The position numbers and the translations under genes are program-made. From Squalus acanthias (taxonomy: Eukaryota), in assembly GCA_030390025.1 (NCBI GenBank), contig CM059432.1:70496001-70560000 (forward strand): a DNA stretch of 64,000 nt, written 5' to 3'. The first letter of the stretch is position 1. Every line of letters begins with the position of its first letter. The notes below the pieces were generated by a model that was given only the letters and a program-made list of their open reading frames with translations, had not been told where the DNA came from and searched no databases. Shown here one piece after another: positions 9,953 to 23,254 of this stretch.

Positions 9953-12900
9953 TGCAAAATCTTCCTCACCAACATCTGGGGACTTGTGCCAAAATTAGGA
10001 GAGCTGTCCCACAGACTAGTCAAGCAACAGCCTGACATAGTCATACTCACAGAATCATACCTCTCAGCCAATGTCCCAAACATCTCCATCACCATTCCTG
10101 GGTATGTCCTGTCCCACCGGCAGGACAGACCCACCAGGGGTGGTGGCACAGTGGTATACAGTCAGGAAGGAGTGGCCCTGGGAGTCCTCAACATTGACTC
10201 TGGACCCCATGAAGTCTCATTGCTTCAGGTCAAGCATGGGCAAGGAAACCTCGTGCTAATTACCACCTACCGCCTATGAATCAGTACTCTGCCATGTTGA
10301 ACACCACTTGGAAGAAGCACTGAGGGTAGCAAGGGCACAGAATGTACTCTGGGTAGGGGACTTCAATGTCCATCACCAAGAGTGGCTCGGTAGCACCACT
10401 AACTGACCGAGCTGACAGGTCCTGAAGGACATAGCTGCCAGTCTGGGCCTGCAACAGGTGAGGAGAGAACCAATATGAGGGAAAAGCCTACTTGACCTCG
10501 TCCTCACCAATCTACCTGTCGCAGATGTATCTGTCCATGACAGTATTGGTAGCAGTGACCACCGCACAGTCATTGTGGAGACGAAGTCCCGTCTTCACAC
10601 TGAGGACACCCTCCATTGTGTTGTGTGGCACTACCACCGTGCTAAATGGGATAGATTCAGAACAGATCTAGCAGCTCAAAACTAGACATCCATGAGGCGC
10701 TGTGGGCCATCAGCAGCTGCAGAATTGTATTCCACCACAATCTGTAACCTCGTGGCCCGGCATATCCCTCACTCTACCATTATCATCAAGCCAGGGGACC
10801 AACCTGGTTCAATAAGGATTGTAGAAGAGCATGCCAGGAGCAGCACCAGGCGTACCTAAAAATGAGGTGGGAAGCTTCAAAACAGGACTACATGCATGCT
10901 AAAAAGTGGAAGCAGCATGCTATAGACAGAGCTAAGCGATCCCACAATCAACGGATCAGATCAAAGCTCTGCGGTCCTGCCACATCCAGTCGTGATTGGT
11001 GGTGGACCATTAAACAACTAACGGGAGGACGAGGCTCCATGAATATCCCCATCCTTAATGATGGTGGAGCCCAGCACGTGAGTGCAAAAGACAAGGCTGA
11101 AGCGTTTGCAGCCAGAAGTGCCGAGTGGATGATCCATATCGGTCTCCACCATCACAGAAGCCAGTCTTCAGCCAATTCAATTCACTCCACGTGATATCAA
11201 GAAACGACCGAGAGCAATGGATACAGAAAAGGCTGTGGGCCCTGACAACATTCTGGCTGTCGTGCTGAAGACTTGTGCTCCAGAACTAGCCGCGCCTCTA
11301 GCCAAGCTGTTCCAGTACAGCTACAACACTGGTATCTATCCGACACTGTGGAAAACTGCCCAGATATGTCGGGCTGGATTTTGTGAATGGAGGCGGGACA
11401 GCTGCTTGTCGTGTCAATGTCCCACCTCCATCCTCGCCTGACCAACCAGAGGGATTTTCCCCTGATTGAGCTTGTTAAGCCCGCCCTGCAGGTTCAGCAG
11501 GCCAATTAGGGAGGAAGTCACTGACAGATCACGTCAACGTCAGACTTACTATCTGTCAAGACTTCTTCAAAGAAGAAATGTCAGCGTTTGACAGCTCTGT
11601 GACGCTGTCAAACACTGACATTCTCTTTAGTTTGATGAGTTCTTGTGTTCAGGACTCATCAAACCTTTCAAATGTATAAATTTCACATGGCTGTTGGTAT
11701 GGAGGTTCCATCAGCCAGTCTGTGAGATTGACAAGGAGGATGTCGGCTCTCCCGATCCACCGCGGCTGAAGGCTGTAGAAAGAAAACAAGGTAAGTGAAC
11801 ACTTTTTAAAACTTATCACTCACCTTGCATACTTACCACTCCACACTTGCACCCATCACTCACCTCTACAACTTACTTCCAGGTGCCTCCAACCACCGCA
11901 GACCTCCTCCACATCTCCTCCAACCCGGCGGGGTTCTCCGAGGTCGGAAGCCTTCACCTGTGAAGGTAAAATGGCACTAATCCTTTTTTCTGCCTGTTAA
12001 CCACCTGTTAACAGGCAGTTAAAAGGATTAAATGCCTTTTCCACCTCCAGGAGACGGGACCCGAAGCTGCACATCTTCCCGCCTCCGGGCAAAAGGGCAC
12101 GGAGGCGGGATGGGGGCGGCTTTGCTTCCGCCCCCACTTTCTCCGAATTTAACGGCTGTACCGCCTCCATGCCCGCCTCCTCGGGGCTTGGAAAATCCAG
12201 CCCGTCCTGTCCACAAAAAGCAGGACAAATCCAGTCCGGCCAATTACCACCCCATCAGTCTACTCAATCATCAGTAAAGTGATGGAAGGTGTCATTGACA
12301 GTTCTATCAAGCAGCACTTACTCACCAATAACCTGCTCACTGATGCCCAGTTTGGATTCTGCCAAGACCACTCGGCTGCTGACCTCATTACAGCCTTGGT
12401 TCAAACATGGACAAAGGAGCTGAATTCCAGAGGTGAGGTGAGAGTGACTGCCCTAGACATCAAGGCAGCATTTGACCAAGTGTGGCATGAAGGAGCCCTA
12501 GTAAAACTGAAGTCAATGGGAATTGGGGGGAAAACTCTCCACTGGTTGGAGTCATACCTAGCACAAAGGAAGATAGTTGTGGTGATTGAAGGTCAATCAT
12601 CACAGCCCCAGGACATCGCTACAGGAGTTCCTCAGGGCAGTGTCCTCGGCCCAACCATCTTCAGCTGCTTCATCAATGACCTTCCCTCCAACATAATGTC
12701 AGAAATGGGGATGTTTGCTGATGACTGCACAGTGTTCAGTGCCATTCACAACTCCTCAGATAATGAAGCAGTCCATGCCTGCATGCAACAAGACCTGGAC
12801 GATGTTCAGGCTTGGGCTGATAAGTGACAGGTAACATTCACGCCACAGAAGTGCCAGGCAATGACTATCTCCAACAAGCGAGAGTCTAACCACCGCCCCT

Positions 12901-13556
12901 TGACATTCAATGCCATTACCATCGCCGAATCCCCCACCATCAACATCCTGGGGGTTACCATTTACCTGAAACTTAACTGGACCAGCCACATAAATACTGT
13001 GGCAACAAGAGCAGGTCAGAGACTAGGTATTTTGCGGCGAGTGTCTCACCTCCAGACTCCCCAAAGCCTTTCTACCATCTACAAGGCACAAGTAAGGAGT
13101 GTGATGGAATACTCTCCACTTGCCTGGATGAGTGCAGCTCCAACAACACTCAAGAAGCTCGACACCATCCAGGACAAAGCAACCCGCTTGATTGGCACCC
13201 CATCTACCACCTTAAACATTCACTCCCTCCACCACCGGTGTACCGTGGCTGCAGTGTGTACCATCTACAAGATGCACTGCAGCAACTCGCCAAGGCTTCC
13301 TCGGCAGCACCTCCCAAACCCGCGACCTCTTCCACCTAGAAGGATAAGGGCAGCAGACGCATGGGAACACCACCACCTCCAAGTTCCCCTCCAAGTCACA
13401 CACCATCCTGACTTAGAAGTATATCGCTGATCCTTCATCGTCGCTGGGTCAAAATTCTGGAACTCCCTACCTAACAGCACTGTGGGAGTACCTTCACCAC
13501 AAGGACTGCAGCGGTTCAAGAAGGCGGCTCACCACCACCTTCTCAAGGGCAATTAG
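9953..13556 (+). pseudogene. LINE APE endonuclease plus reverse transcriptase ORF, disrupted
   Basis: NIWGL...PDIVILTES...RQDRPTRGGG, GDFN, SDH, QFGF, DIKAAFD, GVPQGSVLGP, FADD, ending ...HHLLKGN*. Several stops and frameshifts. Confidence 0.9.
11371..12203. mobile_element. Harbinger-type MITE inserted in the LINE ORF
   Basis: Perfect 12-bp TIR gggctggatttt/aaaatccagccc; TSD gtc (11368-11370, 12204-12206); internal hairpins. Confidence 0.9.
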
Positions 13557-14715
13557 GGATGGGCAATAAATGCTGGCCTTGCCAGCGTTGCCCACATCCC
13601 ATAAACGAATTTAAAAAAAATAGATTCGAGCATTTTCCCGATGACTGATGTCAGGCTAACTGGCCTGTAGTTCCCTGTTTTTTCTCTCCCTCCTTTCTTG
13701 AATAGCAGTGTTACATTTGCGACCTTCCAATCCGCTGAGACCATTCTAGAATCTAGGAAATTTTGGAAGATCAAAACCAATGCATCCACTATCTCTTCAG
13801 CCTCCTCTTTTAGAACCCTAGGATGTGAGCCGTCAGGTCCAATGGATTTGTTGGCTTTTAGTTCCGTTAGTTTCTCTAGTACTTTTTCTCTACTTATATT
13901 AATTTGGATCACTTTCACGTGGAGTTTTTGTTTCTCAATGGAATGTATTTTTGTTGAGAATTATGAAATATTTCTTTAAATGCTAGCCACTGCTTATCTA
14001 CCGCCATACCTTTTAATCTATTTTTCCAATCTACCTTAGCCAACTCGCCCCTCATACCTATGTAATTGGCTTTATTTAAGTTTAAGACTCTAGTTTCGGA
14101 CTTAGGCAAGTCACTCTCAAAATTAATGTGAAATTCTATCATATTATGATCACTCTGCCCCAGAGGATCCTTTACTATGAGATTGCTAATTAACCCTGTC
14201 ACATTACACATTAGAAGATCTAAAATAGCCTGTTCCCTGGTTGGTTCCATGACGTATTGTTCTAGGAAACTGTCTCGAATGCATTCCATGAACTCGTCCT
14301 CCAGACTACCTTTGCCAATTTGATTTATCCAGTCTATATGAAGATTAAAGTCCCCCAAGATTATTGCATTACCTTTGTTGCAAGCTCCTACTATTTCTTG
14401 ATTAATATTCTGTCCAACGGTATAGCTACTGTTAGGGGGCCTCTCTACTACGCCTACCAATGTTTTCTTCCCCTTGTTATTCCTTATCTCCACCCATACT
14501 GATTCTACTTTCTAATCTTCCGAGCCAACATCCTTTCTCGCTACTGTCCTTATGTCATCCTTTATTATCAGGGCTGCTCCCCCTCCTTTTCCATTCAGCC
14601 TGTCTTTTCAAAACGCCAAATACCCTGGAACATTTAGTTCCCAACCTTGGCCACCTTGCAACCATGTCACTGTAATGGCTATTAGATCAAACCCATGTAT
14701 CTCTATTTGTGCCAC

Positions 14716-15205
14716 AACAATAGTAACTTACATTTATATAGCGCCTTTAATGTAGTAAAATGTCCCAAAGTGCTTCATACAAAATTTGACACCAAACCAA
14801 AAGAGAAGATATTCTGACTGCTGACCAAACGCTTGGTAAAAGAGATAGGTTTTAAGGGGGGGCTTAAAAGAGGACGGAGAGGCTTAGGGAGGGAATTCCA
14901 GAGCTTAGGGCCTAGACAGCTGAAGGCACAGCAGTCATTGTAGGGTGAAGGAGGTGAGGGTGGACAAAAGGCCAGAGTTGGAGGAACACAGAATTCTCGA
15001 AGGGTTGTATGGCTGGAGAAGATTACAGAGACAGGTAGGGGCAAATCCATGGAGGGATTTGAACATAAGGATGAGAATTTAATAATGGAGGAATTCGGCA
15101 ACTGAATGCCAATGTAGGTCATTGAGCAGAGGGGTGATGGTTGAATGGGACTTGGTGCTAGTTAGGATACGGGCAGCAGAGTTTTGGATGAGCTTAAGTT
15201 TATGG
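14716..15205 (-). mobile_element. L2-type LINE 3' fragment
   Basis: Reverse complement of the L2 end at 19160-19695 (AFSCLGPKLWNSLP; ...gcgctatataaat tail). Confidence 0.75.
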
Positions 15206-15789
15206 CAATGTATCATGAAGCTAGATTGTATTCCAGTGCTTTTATGTGTGAAGCCCTTTGAGAAAGTAAATGTGCCAAGGTGTTAATTGTAAGTTAAAGC
15301 TGTAATGTGCGCCCTATGGCTATGTATGGTTGGCTGTAAAAGAGCTGTAAGATTTGTGAGGGCTTGGACGGGGCCAGCAGCAAATATACAACAGTTTGCC
15401 CAGTATCACTTTGTGATACACGTATATGTGTCATGTACCTGATAAATGCAACAATGGGGTATGCTGACTGTGGCAGCTTCCTTCAGGTGTGCCACCATCT
15501 TTTACATCTCTTCCCAGGCCTTGTAAGTAATGGATGTAGTGGAATGCATTGCTGCTACTTCTTGCTAGACATGCTGTCCTCTGAGGAGGGTGCTCTGGAA
15601 TAACAACTCTCCTCATACCCATCTCATACAACATCACTTTTATTTTACCAGCCATCAAACAGAGCATGCAACACAAACTCCCTATCAGAAGCTGACAAAC
15701 TCTTATTTCCTGCATCCATATTTATTTTGCCAGCCATTTTTTTTTGCTTCAAACAATCTTTGGAAAGGTTCAAATCTGCAAGTATAGAA

Positions 15790-16055
15790 TATGAAAGTCA
15801 AGATGTAATGGTGAACCTATATATAACCTTAGTAAAACTACAGTTGAAGTACTGTTTGCAGTTTTAGGCTCCATACTACAGAATTACAAAGAATATACAG
15901 CACAGAAACAGGCCATTTAGCCTAACTAGTCTGTGCTGGTTTTTTTACGCCACATGAGTCTCCTCCCATTCCATCTACCTCATCTCAGCCTTTCAGCATA
16001 TCTTTCTATTCCCTTTTCTCTCATGTACTCGTCTAGTTTCCTTGTGAAACCATCC
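15790..16055. mobile_element. Old CR1 fragments: + ORF2 piece about 15790-15880, then a - 3' end about 15885-16055
   Basis: cagttgaagtactgtttgcagtttt (QLEYCVQF-like) and cagcacagaaacaggccatttagcc 3'-UTR motif. Confidence 0.55.
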
Positions 16056-16058
16056 AAG

Positions 16059-16240
16059 CCGGTGGTTCTCAAACCGGGGTCCACGAGTCCCTGGGGGTCC
16101 GTAGAGACTTCCCAGGATGTCCACGAGGAAAACCCCAATCGGTGATGGAGAGCGAGCTGGTGCGGAGTGGCTGGGCGCTGCGGAATGGGATGGTGAATGC
16201 GGTGGCAGCAACGGCTGTGCGCTGCAGGAAGAATAATATA
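16059..16240. mobile_element. hAT (Charlie-like) terminal fragment
   Basis: ccggtggttctcaaaccggggtccacgagtccctgggggtccgt resembles cagtggttctcaaac hAT termini. No partner TIR found. Confidence 0.45.
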
Positions 16241-16376
16241 CTAATAATATACTAACATATGAACAATGTTGGACAGGTAAATACCATCTGGTCCATCGCG
16301 CCTGTCCCACACAATTGCGATACCTTGTGTATCACAACATATACGCTTCAGAGAAGGAGGGAAGAAAAAAGACTGC

Positions 16377-17081
<705 letters not shown>

Positions 17082-17149
17082 GACTGCGGGCCAGAAGCAG
17101 CCACAATGCCACTGCCAGCAACAGGAGTCGGAGGCGGAAAAGCGCAGCG

Positions 17150-17895
17150 CCAGCAAGTGGAAACATTCTCTCTATATCTACCCTGTCCAACCCATTCATA
17201 ATTTTAAAGGCCTCTATCAGGTCTCCACTAAGTCTTCTCTTTTCTAAAGAAATAAGCCCCAACCTGTTCAATCTTTCCCGATAGCTGTAATCTCTCAGTT
17301 CTGGTACCATCCCTGTAAATCTTGCTTGCACTTTCTCTTGTGCGTCTATGTCCTTTTTATAGTATGCAGACTAGAACTGTGCACAGTACTCTAAATGCGG
17401 CCTGACCAGGGTCCTGTACAAGTTTAACTATAGCAGGGATGTTGAGGCAATAGAGAGGGTAGAGGTTCACGAGGATGCTGCCTGGTATGAGGAAATGCAA
17501 ATAAGCAGAAAGACTTGAAAATTGGATCTGCTTTCATTAGAACTGAGGAGATGACAGGGTGATTTAATAGAGGTGCTTAAAATTATGACGGGATGGGACA
17601 GAGTAGATAGAAACAGGCTGTTTGCAATGATTGAGTAGTCTAGAACAAGTGTAAATGAGATTAAAGGTAAGAGATTTAGGACAGCAAGAAAACCTTTTTT
17701 ACACAGAGGGTTGTGAGGCTGTGAAATGCATTATTGAATTTAGTGATTGAAGCAGACAGCATATCAACATTTAAGCAAGGTGGTTGAAAGAAATGTTAAT
17801 AAAGGGATATGGGAACAGGGCAGGTACATGGAATTAGGATTACTGCTGTTAGGGAGGATAATGTGGACTAGTTGGAGCAAACGGCCTGTTTCCAT
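17150..17895. mobile_element. Old CR1 ORF2 3' fragments (- about 17150-17427; + about 17430-17895)
   Basis: ORF 17044-17331 RFTGMVPELRDYSYRERLNRLGLISLEKRRL; + strand fragment with tttacacagagggttgtg. Confidence 0.7.
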
Positions 17896-18404
17896 GTTTT
17901 TTCCAACCACAGGTAGCTGCAGCCCGCTAAAATTTTAATGATCACTTGTCAGCAGCTTATAAAAGCTAAATTCCCACCTGCCTCTGCAAGTTCTTGAACC
18001 AAGTCCCAATATGGTCCAGGAACTTAACCTCTTTATTAAATAGAAGCTGACCCTAAAAGTCAAGCTGGTGCTAATCCTGTTGTACCTGTCCCTCACCTTT
18101 CCACCCGGTCCATCCACAGACATGAAAGTTAGGGCCAGAATGACCAAACCTTAATATGTTTCAGCTAGATATCATTGTAAGGCATCAAGCTGCTATTGTC
18201 ACTGGTTCAAATGCAAGCCTTTTCATTGAGATCTTTCCAGCTATGGCCCAAAGTTCTCAGTTTAGCAACAACACTACAACTCCCACAAGCCACATGGTGG
18301 TTAGCCTCCATAATAAAGCATATGCAAGGAACACAATTGCACTTTGAGGCAGTCGATATTTCCTCCTATCAACCTAGATCAGATTTGAGCTAAATAACAG
18401 CAGA

Positions 18405-18495
18405 ATTAGAGGACGGATCCTTACCTGAAACTCTAACTCCTCTGTTCTCTCCACAGGCGCTGTGTGACCTGCTGAGTGTTTCTAGCATTTTCAGT
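18405..18495 (+). mobile_element. Degenerate Penelope pLTR fragment related to the 338-bp unit
   Basis: acctgaaactctaactcctctgttctctccacaggcgctgtgtgacctgctgagtgtttctagcattttc matches 266-335. Hammerhead core is lost. Confidence 0.6.
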
Positions 18496-19159
18496 CTCAG
18501 ACTGCACCATCGAGTTTCCTCCCAGATACTGTTCTCATTGATGACTCCCTCAATTATCGAACAGTGAACTGATCTTGACAGCAGACCATCTTACCCGTGA
18601 ACAAGCTAATACTTTGGCCAGTATGGTTGTCAATCAACTGTTTGCACCAGCACATACGAAACCACTCAGTTTTCCTGTCATTGGATGATGCACAGTTGTC
18701 TCTTGTACCAGTGGCCAGCAAGCACCTTCTCAATGGAAGCATGATTCTACAGCCTTCATAAGGAGGCAGTGGCAATTAATTTTAGAAAACAAGGCTCCCA
18801 TGAAAACAGATTGTTGATCATGTTCTACTTGGGAAACAGGACGTTAATATTTAACCACTAGACTAGGTTCTCCTGGCATATGCTCCTCACGTGCCTCTTT
18901 TTGCTGATTCTCAAGGTGATAGTAAAAATAGAAAAAGGGCTACAGCAATATTTAGTTAGACATGTTTTTCTGATCTCTTTACTGATGCATCCTGTAGTTG
19001 CAAGAATGACTGACTGAGATAGAGTTCAACATTCAGATGATATGTGATGAGGCATTATTTGAATCAAATATTTCATTGCAACAAACTTTCTACATCTGTA
19101 TTGTTACCTCAAATTACTCCAAAAAAGCTTTATTTTTCAGATTTTGTACTAATTGATGT

Positions 19160-19695
19160 TTGTCCCCTAACCTACATAAACTTGAGGTGATCCAAAACTC
19201 AGCTGCCCGTTTCTTAACTCGCACCAAGTCCCGTTCGTCCACCACCCCTGTGCGCGCTGACCTACATTGGCTCCCGGTTAAGCAACGCCTCGATTTCAAA
19301 ATTCTCATCCTTGTTTTCAAATCCCTCCATGGCCTCACCCCTCCTTATCTCTGTAATCTCCTTCAGCCCCACAACCCCCCCGAGATATCTGCGCTCCTCT
19401 AATTCTGCCCTCTTGAGCATCCCTGATTAAAATCACTCAACCATTGGTGGCCGTGCCTTCTGTTGCCTAGGCCCTAAGCTCTGGAATTCCCTGCCTAAAC
19501 CTCTCCGCCTCTCTTTCCTCCTTTAAGAAGCTCCTTAAAATCTACCTCTTTGACCAAGCTTTTGGTCACCTGCCCTAATTTCTCCTTATGTGGCTCGGTG
19601 TCAAATTTTTTGTCTTATAATACTCCTGTGAAGCACCTTGGGACGTTTTACTATGTTAAAGGTGCTATATAAATACTTGTTGTTGTTGTTGTTGT
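19160..19695 (+). mobile_element. L2-type LINE 3' end with (TTG)n tail
   Basis: LHKLEVIQNSAARFLTRTK...LHWLPVKQRLDFKILILVFKSLHGLTPPYL; tail gctatataaatacttgttgttgttg. Confidence 0.85.
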
Positions 19696-19809
19696 CCTCA
19701 CAAAGATTAGTTAGTACAAAGTCTGGGAAAGAAGGGCATAATTGATCCTCCTTTTGAAACATTGAACAAAACCTTGGAGTCCAGTACATTTAAATCAAGT
19801 AAACACAAG

Positions 19810-20705
19810 GGGGGAGAAATTCGGTATCGCCCCCGTTTGGGGCACAGTTATCGGCCGAGCGCAAAGTTTAGCGCCTGGCGCTAATTATCGCCTCCGACTG
19901 CAGATTTGGCTTCTATCGCCCCAGAGGTGATTGGAGCGCTAAATCAGGCGCTACACACCTCTCTTAAGGCGCTAACGCTGAGGAGCGAGGCGCTAACTCA
20001 GAGCACTGGTGAAGCTCATGTGATGTCAGTCAGCAATGGAACACAGACACACTGGCGCCGGCCAGTTCTTAAAGGGGAGGGTCGCTCTTGCTCTCCATCC
20101 ACACCCTACTCATTGCAGCCTTGAATCTCGGCCTGGAGAGACCTGTACATCAATTCTGCTGGAAAGAACAATGGAGAGGCCCAGGGAAAGAGCTCAGAGT
20201 GCAGCCCCCATTTAGTCTCTTCTAAATCGATGCAAAGAAGGTCAAATCAAAATGAACCTGCAAAGTGCTGCTCAGTACCCAAAACTCCTTCCCACAGCGT
20301 TGAATCTCTCCAGAAGTCTCTCTCTCTCTCTCTCAGATTGCGTGGTGCAAAAATGTCGCCGACAAAAAAAGGCAGGAAGCGGCCGCCTTTAAGTAGCGCT
20401 CCCCCAGTCCCTTCCCGACTGCAAAACGTTCCCCTCAACCTGTCGTTGCTAGCGGCAGGCGGAAAGGCAGGGGGCGCCACTTAACATCCAGTCCGGGGCG
20501 CGACCGGGGCGTTACACGCTCGAATGACGTCACAATCTGCGGGCGCAGGAGATCGTGGCGGTAGTGTTTAGCACCGCCGCAAAATGTCTGGTCAATTTCA
20601 CGAGTGGCACAAACATCGCCGCGCCCGGACGCTAGTTGCTTTGCGCCCCGTTAGCGCCCTAAGAGGGCGCTAACGGGAGGCACAAAGCAACCGAATTTTT
20701 CCCCC
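19810..20705. mobile_element. Harbinger-type non-autonomous element / MITE
   Basis: TIR gggggagaaattcgg / ccgaatttttccccc; TSD aag; CpG-rich subterminal regions. Confidence 0.85.
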
Positions 20706-20907
20706 AAGTACTCTAAATTGCATAACACATTGGAATGAACCATGACTTAAACTTAAGGTATTAACATTAACTCTCAGCAGTACAATCAAGGCTTTCAACC
20801 CCATTCTGATATTGAGGACATTTTTGAATATTTTGAGTCAAAGCAAGAGAGAAGAAACCTGAGCCTTCAATTCTCCTTTTATTGGACAGATTTCTTTGGA
20901 TATCTAA

Positions 20908-21093
20908 GGGGTAACTTTGACTTTGGGTGATGGTATCAAATGGGCGATATAAGAGCAGCCACCCGTTTATACGTCTCTCACAATTTTCATTTCCATGACA
21001 TCAATGGAAATGAAAATCGGGACAGATGTATAACAGGCGGCTGATCCAATATTGCCTATTTTACACTATCGCCCAAAATCAAAATTACACCCC
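20908..21093. mobile_element. Foldback (fully palindromic) MITE, about 186 bp
   Basis: ggggtaactttgactttggg...attttcatttccat-gacatca-atggaaatgaaaat...cccaaaatcaaaattacacccc; flanks taa / tat. Confidence 0.75.
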
Positions 21094-23254
21094 TATATTC
21101 CACGTTACTTTCCTCTTGGAGTATAAATGTCTGTTAACCCTTTTTGAATCCGCTGGAACGTAAATCTGTTGAAGTTTCCAAGATTTTTCTTCTTTGTGTA
21201 ATTTCACAAATGGTGTAGGCCCTGTAGGGGAATATATTTAACTATTCCTCAGACGCTGCTCAGGCAGGGAAGCACTGTGGAATTCCCATGGTCCCTGAAG
21301 AGGTCCTGTTTGCTTCACCTGTTGCAGATTCATCTGTACTTATCCTTAACTTGATAAAGTATGGGAAATAGTTTGCAAAAACATCAAATATCCCCAATCC
21401 CAATGAAGTGCCAAAAAATAAATGCTAGGAGGCGAATTCCAAATTTTGGACACACTGCAAATAAGGTTAGCTGTCTATCAGCCATATAGTGACATTTATC
21501 TATCAACCAAGTAGAACAAATAGCTTGATTCCCCTGTTCAGGGAAATTCACTACTAGGTGTGGATAACACTAAACATTTCACAAAACTTTTTCAGGAATC
21601 GATGGGGTTTGGGTGAGCTAAGTGCATTCTGCTGTGCAAACATACCGAGAAAGCCAGAGCAATGGCATTTATAAAGTCAGGGAAACAAGTGGACCTCATC
21701 AGACTGACGTGTTTGAATTCTCAAAGAAACAATTCCCTGTGGTCCCCCAGGATATTGAGATAATGGTCTGCGGAGAATGAACTTCAAAGAGTGAGGAAGA
21801 TTGCCTAACATTGGAAATGTTCAAGTACACTAATTTGCAGCATTTGTGGAAAAATGAGTGGAATCAAGAAATATGATCATCTCTGGGCAACGGTGATTCT
21901 GTTCCTAGACCTCCTTGCAAGGTGGTGTGACTTGCAAAAATTAATGCGTTCCCTTGTGCATGACGACTAGAGTCCAAACAAAGAGTCCATTCACATTTTA
22001 TCCAATGACGGAAGGAAGTGTACAAAGCCTAAAATATGAATGTTTGGTAAACTGACATTTACTCCAACAAAATAAAGGCAGAAAGCTGATTGTCAGAAAA
22101 GTCTGAGAAAATGCCATAATACCATGTAATGAAAATGGAATTGTATTTATTGAGTCATCATAACCTAGTGGCCCTAATTTTAAATTGATGGAAAATGTGG
22201 AATGAAACTTCCTAAACACAGGCAAAATCCTATTTATTGAAAATAGGATTTGACTTATTCAATCACTGTAAATCAATGGCCCTGATAATATTATGTGAAC
22301 TATAATATTTCAGTTGAAGCAGTTTTGGGTGAAAGCATTAGTTGATTGCCTTGGCCTTTAGCTCTTCTCTTTTGGGGAGGACATCACTGGTGCTTGTTAT
22401 CTCCTGCAGCTAAGCTGATTTTAGGAATCATTGTGGAGAATCTAGCAGCTCATCACACATCAAGTTAAGACACCAATCCAGTACACTAGTCAATTGGTCT
22501 TGCTCCATGAAGTGCCTGGCAACTTCTAACATATAAATTGGCCCCAAAAGTAAGTTTGTTTTGTAAGTAAGTCCATAGCAGAAGTTCCCTGCAAGAAAAA
22601 CAAGGAAAACTAGTAATCTAGCACAGAGCGAAAGAGAGAGAGAGAAATAGGTGTTCAATTTTGTCAATGTGTTGAAATAACTAACAGAATTCCGGTGTGT
22701 TTTACTAGTCTATTGATGACTAATGGACAGATTTTAGTTCTCCTCCCCCTTAAATTGGATACAGGTGCCAGATATCCCATGAATTGTAACTGAAAAATGT
22801 CTATAAAGATACCCTGTCTAGCATCTGGGAACATTTATGCTTAAGACATGAGTAGTTGCATGAAGGGTGGGGGGGAAAAAAAGAAGGTAGGCTTTGTATA
22901 TTCTCCTTGATAATGTTACTGGGCATTACCAAATGAGCAAATTTAGATGTATCGAGCTTTTTCAGAAATAGCAATTGTAGGCTAATGAGCTGTCTCAGCT
23001 TTAGCTATTATTTTATAATAGTAAATCATCATAGCTATTAACACCTTTCTGGGGGGATATAAGAAAATCATTAAAGAAATTAGTAAAGTTGCAAGCTTGA
23101 TTTAGCAATGCTGTTTTGAAATCTAGCAGCTGTAACTCTTAAGTGCTGTGTTTTTGTAAGTACAATATGGAAGCCAGTAAAGCTGTTGTGTTTTCCTAAC
23201 AATTTACCTGTACTTAATAATTATTGGGATATTTTATCATTGCCTAACAGCCCT

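Larger units (their letters stand above)
9536..13618 (+). mobile_element. Apparently full-length single-ORF non-LTR retrotransposon (CR1/L2 group, distinct from the CR1 proper here) with a tRNA-like 5' head
   Basis: Near-TSD aatggattcc (9526-9535) / aatagattcg (13619-13628). tRNA-like head, then APE and RT domains, AATAAA and an A-tail. About 3.25 kb excluding the MITE at 11371-12203. Confidence 0.85.
5003..14716 (-). mobile_element. CR1 LINE ORF2 (EN-RT), 5'-truncated, in pieces 5003-5874, 9068-9535 and 13619-14716
   Basis: ORFs 5237-5437, 9028-9516 ([25 protein letters not shown]), 13553-13918 and 13915-14493 (GDFN, SDH). 3' tail (cataagaa)n at 5003-5020. Sequence is contiguous across two large insertions; about 390 bp missing near 13910 relative to the 54 kb copy. 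Confidence 0.9.

Noticed and set aside
18520..18775. Possible ancient L2/RT remnant on the - strand (similar hint at about 21600-21950)
   Set aside because: Similarity is too degraded to support without a profile search.
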